Shown one piece after another: positions 19,511-30,300 of a stretch of DNA of 64,000 nucleotides. The position numbers and the translations under genes are program-made. Under the pieces are notes generated by a model. That model worked only from the letters and a program-made list of their open reading frames with translations. It made no database searches and was not told the DNA's origin. Origin of the DNA: a virus; the IMG/VR virus record IMGVR_UViG_3300028287_000410, positions 32,001-96,000 of that record; one strand, written 5' to 3'. Within the stretch, counting starts at the first letter, position 1. Each line of letters starts with the position of its first letter.

Positions 19511-20142
19511 TTACGTTCTTCGCACCACCAACATTTACCACAATGTCCAGTGACTGGGTCTTCTATGTTTTCAAAATAATTACTAGTAGGATCATATTCA
19601 CAACTTCTAGTAATCGGATAAAGTTCTTCAAGTAAATTTGCTTCTTTATACATTTCTGCAATTTTTAGTTTATCGGAATTAAACCATGGCGTGTAAAATG
19701 TATTATTATGATGCATATATGGATTGTTGCCTGGTGTTCTGTTTGTTTCTGTAACTGGCAATCCAAATGTATCTGTGACTTCTTTTGGAGGGTTTGATGT
19801 TATACCAGTATATATAATTCCTGTTGTGTTACTATCTAAGTATACCTGCAATTTAGGAAATAATTCTTCACGTGTTTGTATTTCACAGTAACTAATATGA
19901 TGTTCAATATTACTATTACTAGTTAACTGAATAATTTTCTCTACTACATTTACTGCCGCTTGAACATTATATCTTGATCTCTGATTATTACCAGTAGTAA
20001 AGATATGTATTGTATCTTCTTTTTCTCGCATTAAATGATAAAGCAAAATAGAACTATCTGCTCCGCCGCTACAACTCACTCCGATCGGACCAGAGTGAAT
20101 ATCTAAGTTTACACCAGCTGGAGAAATAGAGTAATTAATCAT
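19486..20142 (-). CDS. QueC-like PP-loop ATP pyrophosphatase
   Basis: SCSGGADS PP-loop; TRSC...HCGKCWWCEER Zn motif. Confidence 0.75.
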   Translation of the reverse strand: MINYSISPAGVNLDIHSGPIGVSCSGGADSSILLYHLMREKEDTIHIFTTGNNQRSRYNVQAAVNVVEKIIQLTSNSNIEHHISYCEIQTREELFPKLQVYLDSNTTGIIYTGITSNPPKEVTDTFGLPVTETNRTPGNNPYMHHNNTFYTPWFNSDKLKIAEMYKEANLLEELYPITRSCEYDPTSNYFENIEDPVTGHCGKCWWCEERKWAFGRLV

Positions 20143-21697
20143 CAGTATCCAACTCCTGCTGATTAACGTGAAATCCGTTATCTTCTAGTTCTTTTAATAG
20201 TCTGTCATCAAACTCACCATCCCAGTCATCGCCTGCTTCTGGAGTCCAATCTAGTAATGGTGCCATCTCAGGGAATACATCTCTGAAGTTTGTATCTCTG
20301 ATAGCATCCATCTTTTCAATATATTCGATAAATTCTGGCATACGTTCACGTGACCAGTCGCCGCTTGTCATAAATGATATCATACCGCGTAGACGCTTCA
20401 CACCATAAGCAGCATGTAACCACTCATCTTTTCTTACTTGTGATTCAGTTACACCATCGCATTTTTCCCAGTTCTCTTCTAACCATTCGATAAATGTATC
20501 GAACTTAGCCGCACACATTTGCTTGAACCAGTTAGGAAGAACTTTGACGTTTAGATGTGGTGGGTGATAAACAAAGTGATAGTTAATCATGCCTGCGCCC
20601 AAAGGCCATAAGTTAATTTTCTTAAAGTTTTGTTCAATTTTCCACTTGACAAAATCAGGAAGATAGTATATGTTTAGTGCTTGTACAGCACAGGCTACTG
20701 TAACTTCTACGTTAGGACCTGTATTGTCTAGCACATGAAACATATCTACAGTATGTTGCCAAGTTGATGGGAAACGAATGTAATCATTCATCTCGCCGAT
20801 TGAATCAACTGAATAATGAAAACGTACACGCTTGAATAGTTTCCATAAGTCGAACAAACGCTGTGGCATCTCTAAGCCATTGGAGTTATAGCGTAGTTCG
20901 ATCTGTGGAGCGTATCCTCTACGAACAACTTCTTCAAGTAGAGTGTAATGCTCTTCAATAATTGTTGCTTCACCACCAGCAAAGTATAGTTGCTTCATGT
21001 GTGGGATTTGCTCATACAATTGTTCCCAGAATGCTTCATTCTTTTTATGCCAGTTGTAACTCGCGCCATCAATCTGACCTTTGTTGCCCCACTGCATTGT
21101 TTCTTTCAGTGATTCGTTTTCAATAGTTGGATGTAATTTAAGCCAATCTTTAACCCACATTGAACTATCGTGCGGTGAACACATAATACATTTCAAGTTA
21201 CATTTTGAACCAAGACGTAAATCTAAGTATCTGATCTTCGGAGGGATTTCACCTTCGTCAGATGTCTCATCGATGATTTGTTCCATATCTACTCGGCGTG
21301 ACCAGTACTCAGTTTCCCAAAAACGCTTAGACATATGACCAGCATCTTCTTCGTTGTAGCATTTAATACACGACGGCGGTTTTTTATTATTAAGCATCTG
21401 CTTTCGAACATTTTTCATGTAATCATTATTCCATGATGACATTAAATCTGTATGGTTCAAGTTTGCAGGTTTACCATCTGCATTCTTTAGAACTCCTACT
21501 TCACCGCCATGTTCTTTATCATTCGTTGGTCCAACAGAACTCGCATTCGCTGTACAACAAACTCGCATATGCCCATTTGGACGAGTAGACAAGTGTACCC
21601 ATGGTAGTAAACAAAATGTATCGCTAGGTGCGTATGGCACTCGCTTACGAAACTCTGCTAAATTCTTATTAAGTTCTTCTGATTTGTTGTCGGACAT
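20135..21697 (-). CDS. Radical SAM protein with N-terminal twitch/SPASM domain
   Basis: FCLLPW..VCC..CIKC; CNLKCIMC; start corrected to ATG 21697 (GGAG RBS, GATAAATA upstream). Confidence 0.92.
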   Translation of the reverse strand: MSDNKSEELNKNLAEFRKRVPYAPSDTFCLLPWVHLSTRPNGHMRVCCTANASSVGPTNDKEHGGEVGVLKNADGKPANLNHTDLMSSWNNDYMKNVRKQMLNNKKPPSCIKCYNEEDAGHMSKRFWETEYWSRRVDMEQIIDETSDEGEIPPKIRYLDLRLGSKCNLKCIMCSPHDSSMWVKDWLKLHPTIENESLKETMQWGNKGQIDGASYNWHKKNEAFWEQLYEQIPHMKQLYFAGGEATIIEEHYTLLEEVVRRGYAPQIELRYNSNGLEMPQRLFDLWKLFKRVRFHYSVDSIGEMNDYIRFPSTWQHTVDMFHVLDNTGPNVEVTVACAVQALNIYYLPDFVKWKIEQNFKKINLWPLGAGMINYHFVYHPPHLNVKVLPNWFKQMCAAKFDTFIEWLEENWEKCDGVTESQVRKDEWLHAAYGVKRLRGMISFMTSGDWSRERMPEFIEYIEKMDAIRDTNFRDVFPEMAPLLDWTPEAGDDWDGEFDDRLLKELEDNGFHVNQQELDTDD

Positions 21698-21728
21698 ATT
21701 AACTCCAATACTTTGATTATGTACGTAT

Positions 21729-22745
21729 TTATCTTTTAGTTTTAGCTGTCTCAATGTCAGCAATACAACTGCACCAATCCCATTTACAGACTGTAGGTTC
21801 CACTGGGAATAGTATATCATGTGGGAAATCAATATGACCGTGACTACATTCATGATTACAACTGCTTCCAGATGTTACATTTCCGTCCATTGTAATCACA
21901 ATCGTTTCAAGTCCGATATTACATTTCCAACCCTTCCAAGTATTTTTACCTGTGCGCATTAGTTCGTTTGGTGTTACTTCTACGGTCTCTTTATTATTCT
22001 TAAATTTTAACCTTTTAGCAAACATGTTTTTTTGTTCATCGTCTGATAAATTGTTGATTGTCCAAACAGGTATATCATCAAATTTAAGTATATCGTCTAG
22101 ATATTCGTTGTCGTATTTGAATGTCTCATGTGAACCTAAAGTCTTGCGTAAAGTTTTAATTATCACACTATTGCATTTAGAATTGTTATAAAAATATTCT
22201 GCGGCTTCTCTACATTTATCAAGATGTAATGGATAGAGACATACTTGTATCGTATGAAATACTCCGTGTTCTCTAAGAATACTTGACACATCACAAATAT
22301 GATTTATGTCTGCACTTTCTGGGTGATAACTTATAACAATATCATCTAAGAACGGTGACGCTTTTGCCCACCAATTTAAAGTTCTTGACCCATTAGTTAA
22401 TACACGAATTCTGTTATCAGGATCATATTCTTTGAGTCTTGAAATGAAAGGTATAAAATCTTTCCATACAGTTGGCTCACCGCCTAGCAAGTTCCATAAC
22501 AATTGCTTGCCTAAACTTTTATAATGTATAGTTGCAACTCTGCAAAACTCTAATGCAGTATCTATGGACTTCCATTGCACACTACCATCATTAGCATAAT
22601 CGTCACAATATGTACAGCTATAGTTACATACATTTCCCATATTCCAATCAATCGTAACAAAATCAACATCGGACGAACTCACTAGTTCGTCATACTGATT
22701 AAGTAGACTGGTATCTGGTTCTGTAATAAACTTTATTTCTTGCAT
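21729..22745 (-). CDS. Radical SAM protein (paralog of 13288..14463)
   Basis: CNYSCTYC, GGEPT, GWKCNIG...C...CSC. Confidence 0.92.
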   Translation of the reverse strand: MQEIKFITEPDTSLLNQYDELVSSSDVDFVTIDWNMGNVCNYSCTYCDDYANDGSVQWKSIDTALEFCRVATIHYKSLGKQLLWNLLGGEPTVWKDFIPFISRLKEYDPDNRIRVLTNGSRTLNWWAKASPFLDDIVISYHPESADINHICDVSSILREHGVFHTIQVCLYPLHLDKCREAAEYFYNNSKCNSVIIKTLRKTLGSHETFKYDNEYLDDILKFDDIPVWTINNLSDDEQKNMFAKRLKFKNNKETVEVTPNELMRTGKNTWKGWKCNIGLETIVITMDGNVTSGSSCNHECSHGHIDFPHDILFPVEPTVCKWDWCSCIADIETAKTKR

Positions 22746-23833
22746 TATTTGAACTGTTCAGCAAACGCATCAAACTCTTTACCGCACTTTTGAGAACATA
22801 CCATCGGCTTACCAGTATGTGTATTAGGTTTACCCCAACTGTCAACCAAGTTCTTAGAAAAATAATCATTCTCTAGTACTGCTTTAAGGCCATGTGCCTT
22901 AGCATCGAATGCATCTTTGCCGCCACTCTGCTGAATTAGTTCCCACACTTGGTTTTGACCAGGCTTCTGCCACCACTTATACATGTTACCTGCAACCCAA
23001 CAACAAGGTAGCACAAGACCTTCTGCACTCAAATACATATTCTTTTCTTTAGCAACCTTACAGCTAATCTCTACATTATCAAAATATTGTTCTAATGAAC
23101 CATGCTTTTCTTTCAGTTCAGTAATCTTATCTAATGCTTTGTTCTGATACTTAACTTCTTTTGGCTTCGCAAGTAACTGTTGCTTTTCACCTTTTCGGTT
23201 CATAGCTTGATGTTCCTCTTTGCCTGCTACTTTCATAGTAGAAAAGAAACGCCCAGTCTTCTTTGGAATAAACTTACGAAAGCCTACTTTCTCAGCAAGC
23301 GCACGTGCCTCTTCTACTTGATGTTCATTGTGTTCAAAGATTAAGTAATCCCATTCTGCTTTACCACCTGCTTCGATAAATGCAAGCGCATTTTCCCAAG
23401 CGATATCCCAGTTAACACCCTGACGATATAAGTGATTAGTATCACCTAGTCCGTCAAATGAAAACTTTAGATAACTCCAGTTACCAAGTGTCTTTGCAAG
23501 TTCGCGCCACCAATCGGGCTTCTTAGCGCCTGCATTAGTATTCATACCAAGAGTAAGCTCTTTCTTACATGAACGGAAATACTGAAATACTTCTAGTGTA
23601 TCTTTAGCAACGATAGGGTCACCAAAGTTACCACACATATAAATTCTGTCAAGTTGCTTGACAAACTCTGGTGGCATAATTCGTCGTACATCTTCAAGCG
23701 ACAATTCATGCAACCCTAGATTTGGATTGTCTGCTCCGCCATTTTGATTTCTATCACACATAGGACATGTCGCTTGGCACTTCTCTGTGATTTCTAAATG
23801 AACAACTCTTACGTCTTCATATCCGTATATCAT
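22745..23833 (-). CDS. Radical SAM protein (paralog of 15880..17115)
   Basis: CQATCPMC, GNFGDP, FSFDGL, LPCCW...CSQKC. Confidence 0.92.
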   Translation of the reverse strand: MIYGYEDVRVVHLEITEKCQATCPMCDRNQNGGADNPNLGLHELSLEDVRRIMPPEFVKQLDRIYMCGNFGDPIVAKDTLEVFQYFRSCKKELTLGMNTNAGAKKPDWWRELAKTLGNWSYLKFSFDGLGDTNHLYRQGVNWDIAWENALAFIEAGGKAEWDYLIFEHNEHQVEEARALAEKVGFRKFIPKKTGRFFSTMKVAGKEEHQAMNRKGEKQQLLAKPKEVKYQNKALDKITELKEKHGSLEQYFDNVEISCKVAKEKNMYLSAEGLVLPCCWVAGNMYKWWQKPGQNQVWELIQQSGGKDAFDAKAHGLKAVLENDYFSKNLVDSWGKPNTHTGKPMVCSQKCGKEFDAFAEQFK

Positions 23834-25028
23834 TGTAATCCTCTTTTATAAAATCCCATATTTCTGGGACGTAATCCTTAATATGTTGATTTCGAACTTT
23901 ATCGATAATCTTTGTATGTCTTGCTAAATGAATTGGATCTAATTCGTCTTCGTCTTCATATATTTTTTCTAATACAGGCAACACTTTATTTTTAATTTGT
24001 GTCCTAGATAAGTCTTCGTGAATATCCATATTCTCTATTAGTTTAATCATAACAGGTATACGCTTTTTTCGTATAATCTTTGGTATAGATTTACAACTTA
24101 ATGCTTCTGGATACATCAGTAATTCAGGGCGAATATACACTCCTTTATTATTACTCCATACTATAGAATCAATAAGATTGAAAAAGTTGTATGCTTGTAT
24201 AGTATAGCTTATTTCACCGTACAAAGCAAGGTTGTTATAAGTTATTATATTCTTATTTATTGATTTAAATTTTACTGGATGCCTGATGTATTCAACCACC
24301 TTATCAATGCCATCGACACTGTAATTAAATGTTATTTGATTGAACTTAGAAATCTTTTCTATAAATCTGTTGTTATCATTTGTTAAGTTTGTAGTAAAGT
24401 GTATCGGAACATCAAGCATATCACGTTCAATGAGAATGTCAAGAAACTTATCTACTTCTGGCATAATAGTTGGTTCACCACCAAGAAACTTAACTCGCTT
24501 GCCCTTCTCTGCATTCTCTAATAAGAACTCTATATTCTCTTGTATATCTAATGTGTTTGTAACATCGATATTACCAGCGCCCATAATAGATTCCATTATA
24601 GCGTTATTCTTTATCTCTTTTTGTAATTGAGAACTACACGCAGGTCCGCACATTCTACATGCTAGATTACATAAATTACCCGGACGTATATCTAAATCGA
24701 TAGGAGAACCATACTGATTGCCATTACCTATATTAGGTAAGATATTTTCATCCTGATATAAATCGGCAAATCTAGTTCTATCACTTTTTCCGCCACTATC
24801 TTCAAGTGAGAAACATTTCACACAAATATCTGGACGTTTGTTATCTAAGAATTCAGTTCTTATATTTCTTAGATGCTCATTTGTCCATCTAGTTTTCAAA
24901 TTAGTTTCAGTATCTGGTGTTGCCACTGAGTGTTCTGTTGTCATACAACATACACGTTCACCCTCATTGCTATGTACATACATATGTACAAAGGGAGCAT
25001 AACAGAAATTATTAGGCAACTCAGACAA
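23817..25028 (-). CDS. Radical SAM protein with N-terminal twitch/SPASM domain
   Basis: FCYAPF..VCC..CVKC; CNLACRMC; GGEPT. Confidence 0.92.
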   Translation of the reverse strand: MSELPNNFCYAPFVHMYVHSNEGERVCCMTTEHSVATPDTETNLKTRWTNEHLRNIRTEFLDNKRPDICVKCFSLEDSGGKSDRTRFADLYQDENILPNIGNGNQYGSPIDLDIRPGNLCNLACRMCGPACSSQLQKEIKNNAIMESIMGAGNIDVTNTLDIQENIEFLLENAEKGKRVKFLGGEPTIMPEVDKFLDILIERDMLDVPIHFTTNLTNDNNRFIEKISKFNQITFNYSVDGIDKVVEYIRHPVKFKSINKNIITYNNLALYGEISYTIQAYNFFNLIDSIVWSNNKGVYIRPELLMYPEALSCKSIPKIIRKKRIPVMIKLIENMDIHEDLSRTQIKNKVLPVLEKIYEDEDELDPIHLARHTKIIDKVRNQHIKDYVPEIWDFIKEDYNDIRI

Positions 25029-26438
25029 TTATTTTCTCCCGATTACCATATATCTATCATACTTTTCCAAGTTAAGTGTGCCTTTGAAGATTATTTCTGA
25101 AAGATTTAGTTTTTCTACCCAATCTTTCTCACTTGAAATTACGTTTACAACAGTTTCATCATCATGCTCTACAAAGTTATTGTTTTGCATAATGACAAGA
25201 GTTCCTTTTGGGATACCAGAGAACCATTCATCAAAATTTTCAATGTGTTCGCAACTAGTATTTATTACACATGTAGGAGCATCAATCTCATGTAGCGTTT
25301 CAGTCCGTTCAAATGTAGTGGCATCGCTGTACTTGTAATGATTGATTGGAAGAGTTTGTGGTTCATACTTTAATCCACGTACATCATTTACAAAACTCTT
25401 AAAGCGCATACCGTCCATGATGTATTCTTTGTTTAGTGTGTCTGCTGGATTATCCGTGCTTGGGTCCATGTCGAAACTATACACATGTTTGATATTTTTA
25501 ACTCTTTCAAACAATAATGCGCTCAATACACCATACCAACCTGCACAAACATATACGTTTTCGCCCAAATCAAGTTCTAGTGCATTTACCATATCAACTA
25601 ACCAAGCCTTTGAACGCAATTGTCCACGTGAGAATGCATCAGTCAATGCTTGTCCTTCGAAACGATTAATCATTTTTTTCATGTTAGTTGGGATAATGAA
25701 TTTGTTCCCTGTAATGAAATCAACTGTTTCTGCTATCTTCGTTTTCATCAGCGTATTAGATTTAAGTAAAGCAATCTCTGCACAGTCTGGATTGATAGCT
25801 TGTATCACTTTAAACAGCAAGAATAAATCTGGCTCTGCTTCAACTGCAACGATATTCTTTAACGCATCTAAGATTTCTTCTGTCGGGTCTGGCAATGAAG
25901 ATACTAATCTGAATAGAAGCTCTGTCTGTAACATGACGAAACGATTAGTCCCACATGCATTCTTTAATGCACCAAGTGCCTCACTCTCTCCCAATGCACG
26001 TTCAATCACATTGAATAGAACAAAGATGTTATCACGTGAGAATTCGCCGTCGCCACATGTGATGTTCTTTAGGTTATCAATGAAGTCTGTTTCATCTGGG
26101 TACATGCCATGTAGAACTCTGAATACAAGATATAGCTTTTGTCTGTCTGGTGTGTCAACTGCCATAAAGTTTCGTAGAGCATCTAGTGCATCATCATCCT
26201 GAGAAATAATATTGATTACTTTGAATAGAACAAATACGTTATCATCCTCTGTACGTTCATACACAAGGTTCATTAGCGCACGAATTGTTTCACTGTATTC
26301 TCTGCCCAAGAGTACTTGTGCAAGTGTAAAAATACTACTAAGCTCTTCTGTGTTTACTACTCGTTCTAATTCTTTTATATGAGGGTATGTTTCACCGTAT
26401 AATAAACTTAGCCTGTCTGCGATTTGATATGGTTTCAT
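25029..26438 (-). CDS. Helical-repeat protein fused to class I SAM-methyltransferase-like domain
   Basis: About six ~33-aa repeats (F.LF.VI...ALDALKN), then YVCAGWYG, SFDMDP, INTSCEH. Confidence 0.65.
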   Translation of the reverse strand: MKPYQIADRLSLLYGETYPHIKELERVVNTEELSSIFTLAQVLLGREYSETIRALMNLVYERTEDDNVFVLFKVINIISQDDDALDALRNFMAVDTPDRQKLYLVFRVLHGMYPDETDFIDNLKNITCGDGEFSRDNIFVLFNVIERALGESEALGALKNACGTNRFVMLQTELLFRLVSSLPDPTEEILDALKNIVAVEAEPDLFLLFKVIQAINPDCAEIALLKSNTLMKTKIAETVDFITGNKFIIPTNMKKMINRFEGQALTDAFSRGQLRSKAWLVDMVNALELDLGENVYVCAGWYGVLSALLFERVKNIKHVYSFDMDPSTDNPADTLNKEYIMDGMRFKSFVNDVRGLKYEPQTLPINHYKYSDATTFERTETLHEIDAPTCVINTSCEHIENFDEWFSGIPKGTLVIMQNNNFVEHDDETVVNVISSEKDWVEKLNLSEIIFKGTLNLEKYDRYMVIGRK

Positions 26439-27385
26439 TATCTGTATCCTATCTTTAAGTAGTATTGTTTTTCACCGTATGTGATAACACCTGTATATAA
26501 TTCAAAACTCATAGGGAATTGTTTATTGAAGTTTTGTGAACTTGCAAAAGGTTTCGGCACATCACCTGTTTCACCAACTAACACAAGTCTACGCATGTCT
26601 GGAATCATCTTGTACCAATCTTTATAGTTCTTCAAGTAACTAATATTAGTATTGATTAATGTTCCGGGTATCTCTACGAATGGATCGCTTAAATCGCCGT
26701 TCTGCAATTGTGTGATAAATGTATGCTCATCATATCCGATATTGAATAAGTCCAGTGTTGTTGCTTTGAAGCGCCAATCTGCTAGTAATTCTTTACTCAT
26801 CATCTCATCTGCCAGAAATTGACAAACGCCATTAATATCAAATGAACGAATATTTTCAAATCGTAATCTAGTATCGAATAACATCGCTGGAAGGATCCCC
26901 ATACCACCACCAAGAACATATATTGCACCAAGATACATTTCACCGAACGCATGTTGCATCTGTTGTGTAATCCAACTGTACACTTTTGCATTCTCTTTAT
27001 TAACGAAAGATGAAATATCAACGTTTGGGTATGAGTAAATGATTTCTTTTAGTCTGTCTGTTAGCTTATCATCAATTGGCGGAGTAATATGAGTCAAGAA
27101 GTCCATTGCTTGTCGATAGTTACCCAGTTGCTGTGCCACGTTCTCTTTTGAGTATGTTACTGCCATATCTTGATAATCATAATCAAGTTTTGCTAACGGC
27201 TTTTCACGTCTACGACTAACACGCTTGTAATTGATTGTTTCAGTAATCTCTGGTTCTTCTTCCAGTTCTTCTTGTTCAATCAAATCTGCTACGCCAACTT
27301 CATCATACAATTCATCATTCTTTTTGATGTTTGCCGCTCTGCGATTTCTACGATCACGTATATTACTCATTGTTTTGTTCCTCAA
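26438..27385 (-). CDS. Methyltransferase-like paralog of the C-terminal domain of 25029..26438
   Basis: YVLGGGMG, SFDING, LINTNISY, ends LKIGYR like MVIGRK. Confidence 0.6.
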   Translation of the reverse strand: MRNKTMSNIRDRRNRRAANIKKNDELYDEVGVADLIEQEELEEEPEITETINYKRVSRRREKPLAKLDYDYQDMAVTYSKENVAQQLGNYRQAMDFLTHITPPIDDKLTDRLKEIIYSYPNVDISSFVNKENAKVYSWITQQMQHAFGEMYLGAIYVLGGGMGILPAMLFDTRLRFENIRSFDINGVCQFLADEMMSKELLADWRFKATTLDLFNIGYDEHTFITQLQNGDLSDPFVEIPGTLINTNISYLKNYKDWYKMIPDMRRLVLVGETGDVPKPFASSQNFNKQFPMSFELYTGVITYGEKQYYLKIGYR

Positions 27386-30300
27386 ATTTTTCTGCTAGCC
27401 ATTCAAAATCATTAATCTTACCTAGCATTTCATCATTATCTGCATGTTTAGTCCCCCAAGCACGTCCAGCATTAGCTCCTGCAATTGCGTATGTTCCGAA
27501 CTCTCTATCAACTCCTTTAGTACACCATGCTTCTAAGCGTTCATCATCTTCATCTTGCTTATTACGATGAATGATACTAGATGCAAGTTTAGTACACTCA
27601 CGGAAAGCAGACTTCCAAGTATTGAATGGGTCTGTATTGAATGCTGTATAGTTAGCTGGTGTTGGCATTGGCTTGAACTTCTCAGAGATAGACGTTGTAA
27701 AGTCAATACGCCAATCTTTTGCATCACGCAATAACTGTGTTGGGAATAGTTTCAGACCACCATAACCATAAATCAAATCATTCACTGGGTTCTTAGACTT
27801 CCAAGTATGCACCGTGTCTTCATCCCATACACTTGGGAAGTATTCAAAGTTAAACTCTTCTAGCAACAATGCATCAGCGTCAATTACATAAAACATGCGA
27901 GTGTCAGCTAAGTTTGCGGCTGCTTGGTGAGCATTAAAAATACCTTTAACTCCGTGTACACGCTTTGCATGTGGTACACGCTCTAATAGTTTAGCATAAT
28001 GTTCGTCTGCAAGTTTCTCTTGGTAACTCAACATGATAACATCATACGGAATATCTCTTGTTGCTGCTTTGGCTTTCTTAACTGGTTTCTTATTCTTAAA
28101 GTTCATCTTGCGTAACTTATCTGCGTCTGGCTTTAATTCTTTAATAGCACTTGCTGGAATAAGTTTTAGACCACCGAACTGGTGAATGTATCCTGTATAA
28201 GGACTTTCTTTAGGCCATAGATGAAAGTGTGATTTATGGTGACGATCAACATAAAACGTTCTATCAAAGTCATCAATCATTTCTACGTCATTGTCTAATG
28301 CCCAGAAATAACCAGTCTTTGTCATCTTTGCAGCTTTCTGATATGCTGCTGCTAAATCAGATGCATCGATAACATCAATGTTCTTATGTTCTGTGAACTT
28401 TGCAGTGTTCTCTGAATACATACCTTCATCAAAATAGAATGCAGGATGCCCAGTAACACGTGATGCTACTTGATCTACACGAATGATATTCTTAAATCTA
28501 TCGAATGAGAAATCATCTTCACTTGGATTGAATTGCTCAAGATGCGGTCTGTGTACAAGATATACACCTGCATCTGCTTCGCCTTCACTCTTAAACGCAA
28601 ATACGTTTTCAATACTATGGATGTCTGGATAGTAGTCAAAATCAAATTCATCTACTAGTTCTACAACTGTATCTACAACCCAATAGAATACATGCTTCTT
28701 AGCTTGCGTATACGCTTTATATGGGTCACGTGTGTAATACTTTTTGATATTGTGCTTATCTGGGATACGTGCTACAACTTCATCATGATAGATAACATTC
28801 TCTGGATGATAGTCTACGTTAGATAGAGCAAGTCCGCCATGTCCCAACTCTACTCCCTTGCGAGATGTAAACTTCCAAATATGAGTAGGGCCAGTGTCAT
28901 ACAAGTCTGGATAGAAATCATCAATCGTAGTATCTGTTAATTGTAAGTCCGGGTTAACCATCCAGAATATGTTAGATGTTGCAAGCGTAACTGCTTCTTC
29001 AACTGTACGTGCTTCAATGCGTTCTGGCGAAGTTAGTTTACCGACAACTTGGTCAACATCTTTTTGTTTGTCTAAGTCTGCATTATACGGCACTAGACGT
29101 ACACCATTGCGCACTGTCTTACCGCTTGATAATTCTACATCAAAATTATGAATGTATGTTCTATCATATAGTGGAGGAATATAGTCTGTTATAGCATCTG
29201 ATACGTCAGTGTGTACCATCCAAACCATTTCAGTATCACAATTCTTAATGGTGTTCAAATCTAACAAATCATTTACTATAGCTACATCATAGCGTTCTGG
29301 TTTAATTGCGGTTGTCTCTTGATACAATGCTTTGCGTCTGAAGTCGAACCTTTGATATTTTCGTTCTTCAAACAAATCATAATCTTTTCTAAATAGACCT
29401 ACCCCATGATATTCTAGTGCATTATCCTCCCAGTCAGTTTTTTGCCACACAACAATCTGTTGGCGACCTTCTTCTGTCATAGAGAATTCAAACTCGTAAT
29501 CAAAGTTAAAATCAGTTACCGTTGTATCACTTGTAATTACATAATAGTAGCTGTATGCTGAATTCGCTTGTGCATACTCATGTAATTCAACCATTGTATC
29601 TACTGATACTTCTTGTATGCGCGAAAATCTTGATCTTAATTCTATAAGATTTTGCTGTCCAAAGCCACGATCCCAGAAAAAGATATCGTAATCGGGGACT
29701 TTTGCTGCTACTATATCGTGGAACTTTAGATTGTATTTGTCATACTCACTAGCAACAAATACAACACCTTTTTCAAATATATGTGCGCTTGCTAAATCAT
29801 ACAAGTCAGGATAGAAGTCAAAGTTCTCTACCAATTGGACTGCTAGATCAACAATAACAAAAGGGTAAGTTTTTAAATTATTCAGTCCGCTCTTCAAGGT
29901 ACTTGCTTGTACAATCAGTGTTTCTTTTAGTTTGCCGATAACGTCTTGTACATCTTTTTGCTTATCTGTGTCTGCATGTTTAGGAACAAGACGAATACCA
30001 TTACGTACTGTCTTGCCATTTGCTGTCTTTACTTGAAAATTATGAATGAACTCACGATCATACGAGAACGGATAAAACTCTGTTATGAAATCTTCAACAT
30101 CTTCGTGTATCAACCAATACATATCTGCATCAACTGAGTGATTTAGATTATGCATATCAGTAGTACGAATTACAGGGAACTCTAAGTCACGTGCAACGGG
30201 ATCTTTTTCGTATACTGCTTTGCGCCTAAAGTTAAAGATAGCATACTCACGCTCTTTAAACATTGGACCATCTTTAGGAAATAGCCCCACACCATGATAC

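Noticed and set aside
21698-21853. N-terminal extension of radical SAM 20135
   Set aside because: Overlaps the upstream gene; RBS and promoter support ATG 21697
25342-26202. 286-aa plus-strand ORF
   Set aside because: Entirely antisense to 25029..26438; Ser-rich shadow with no motif or RBS
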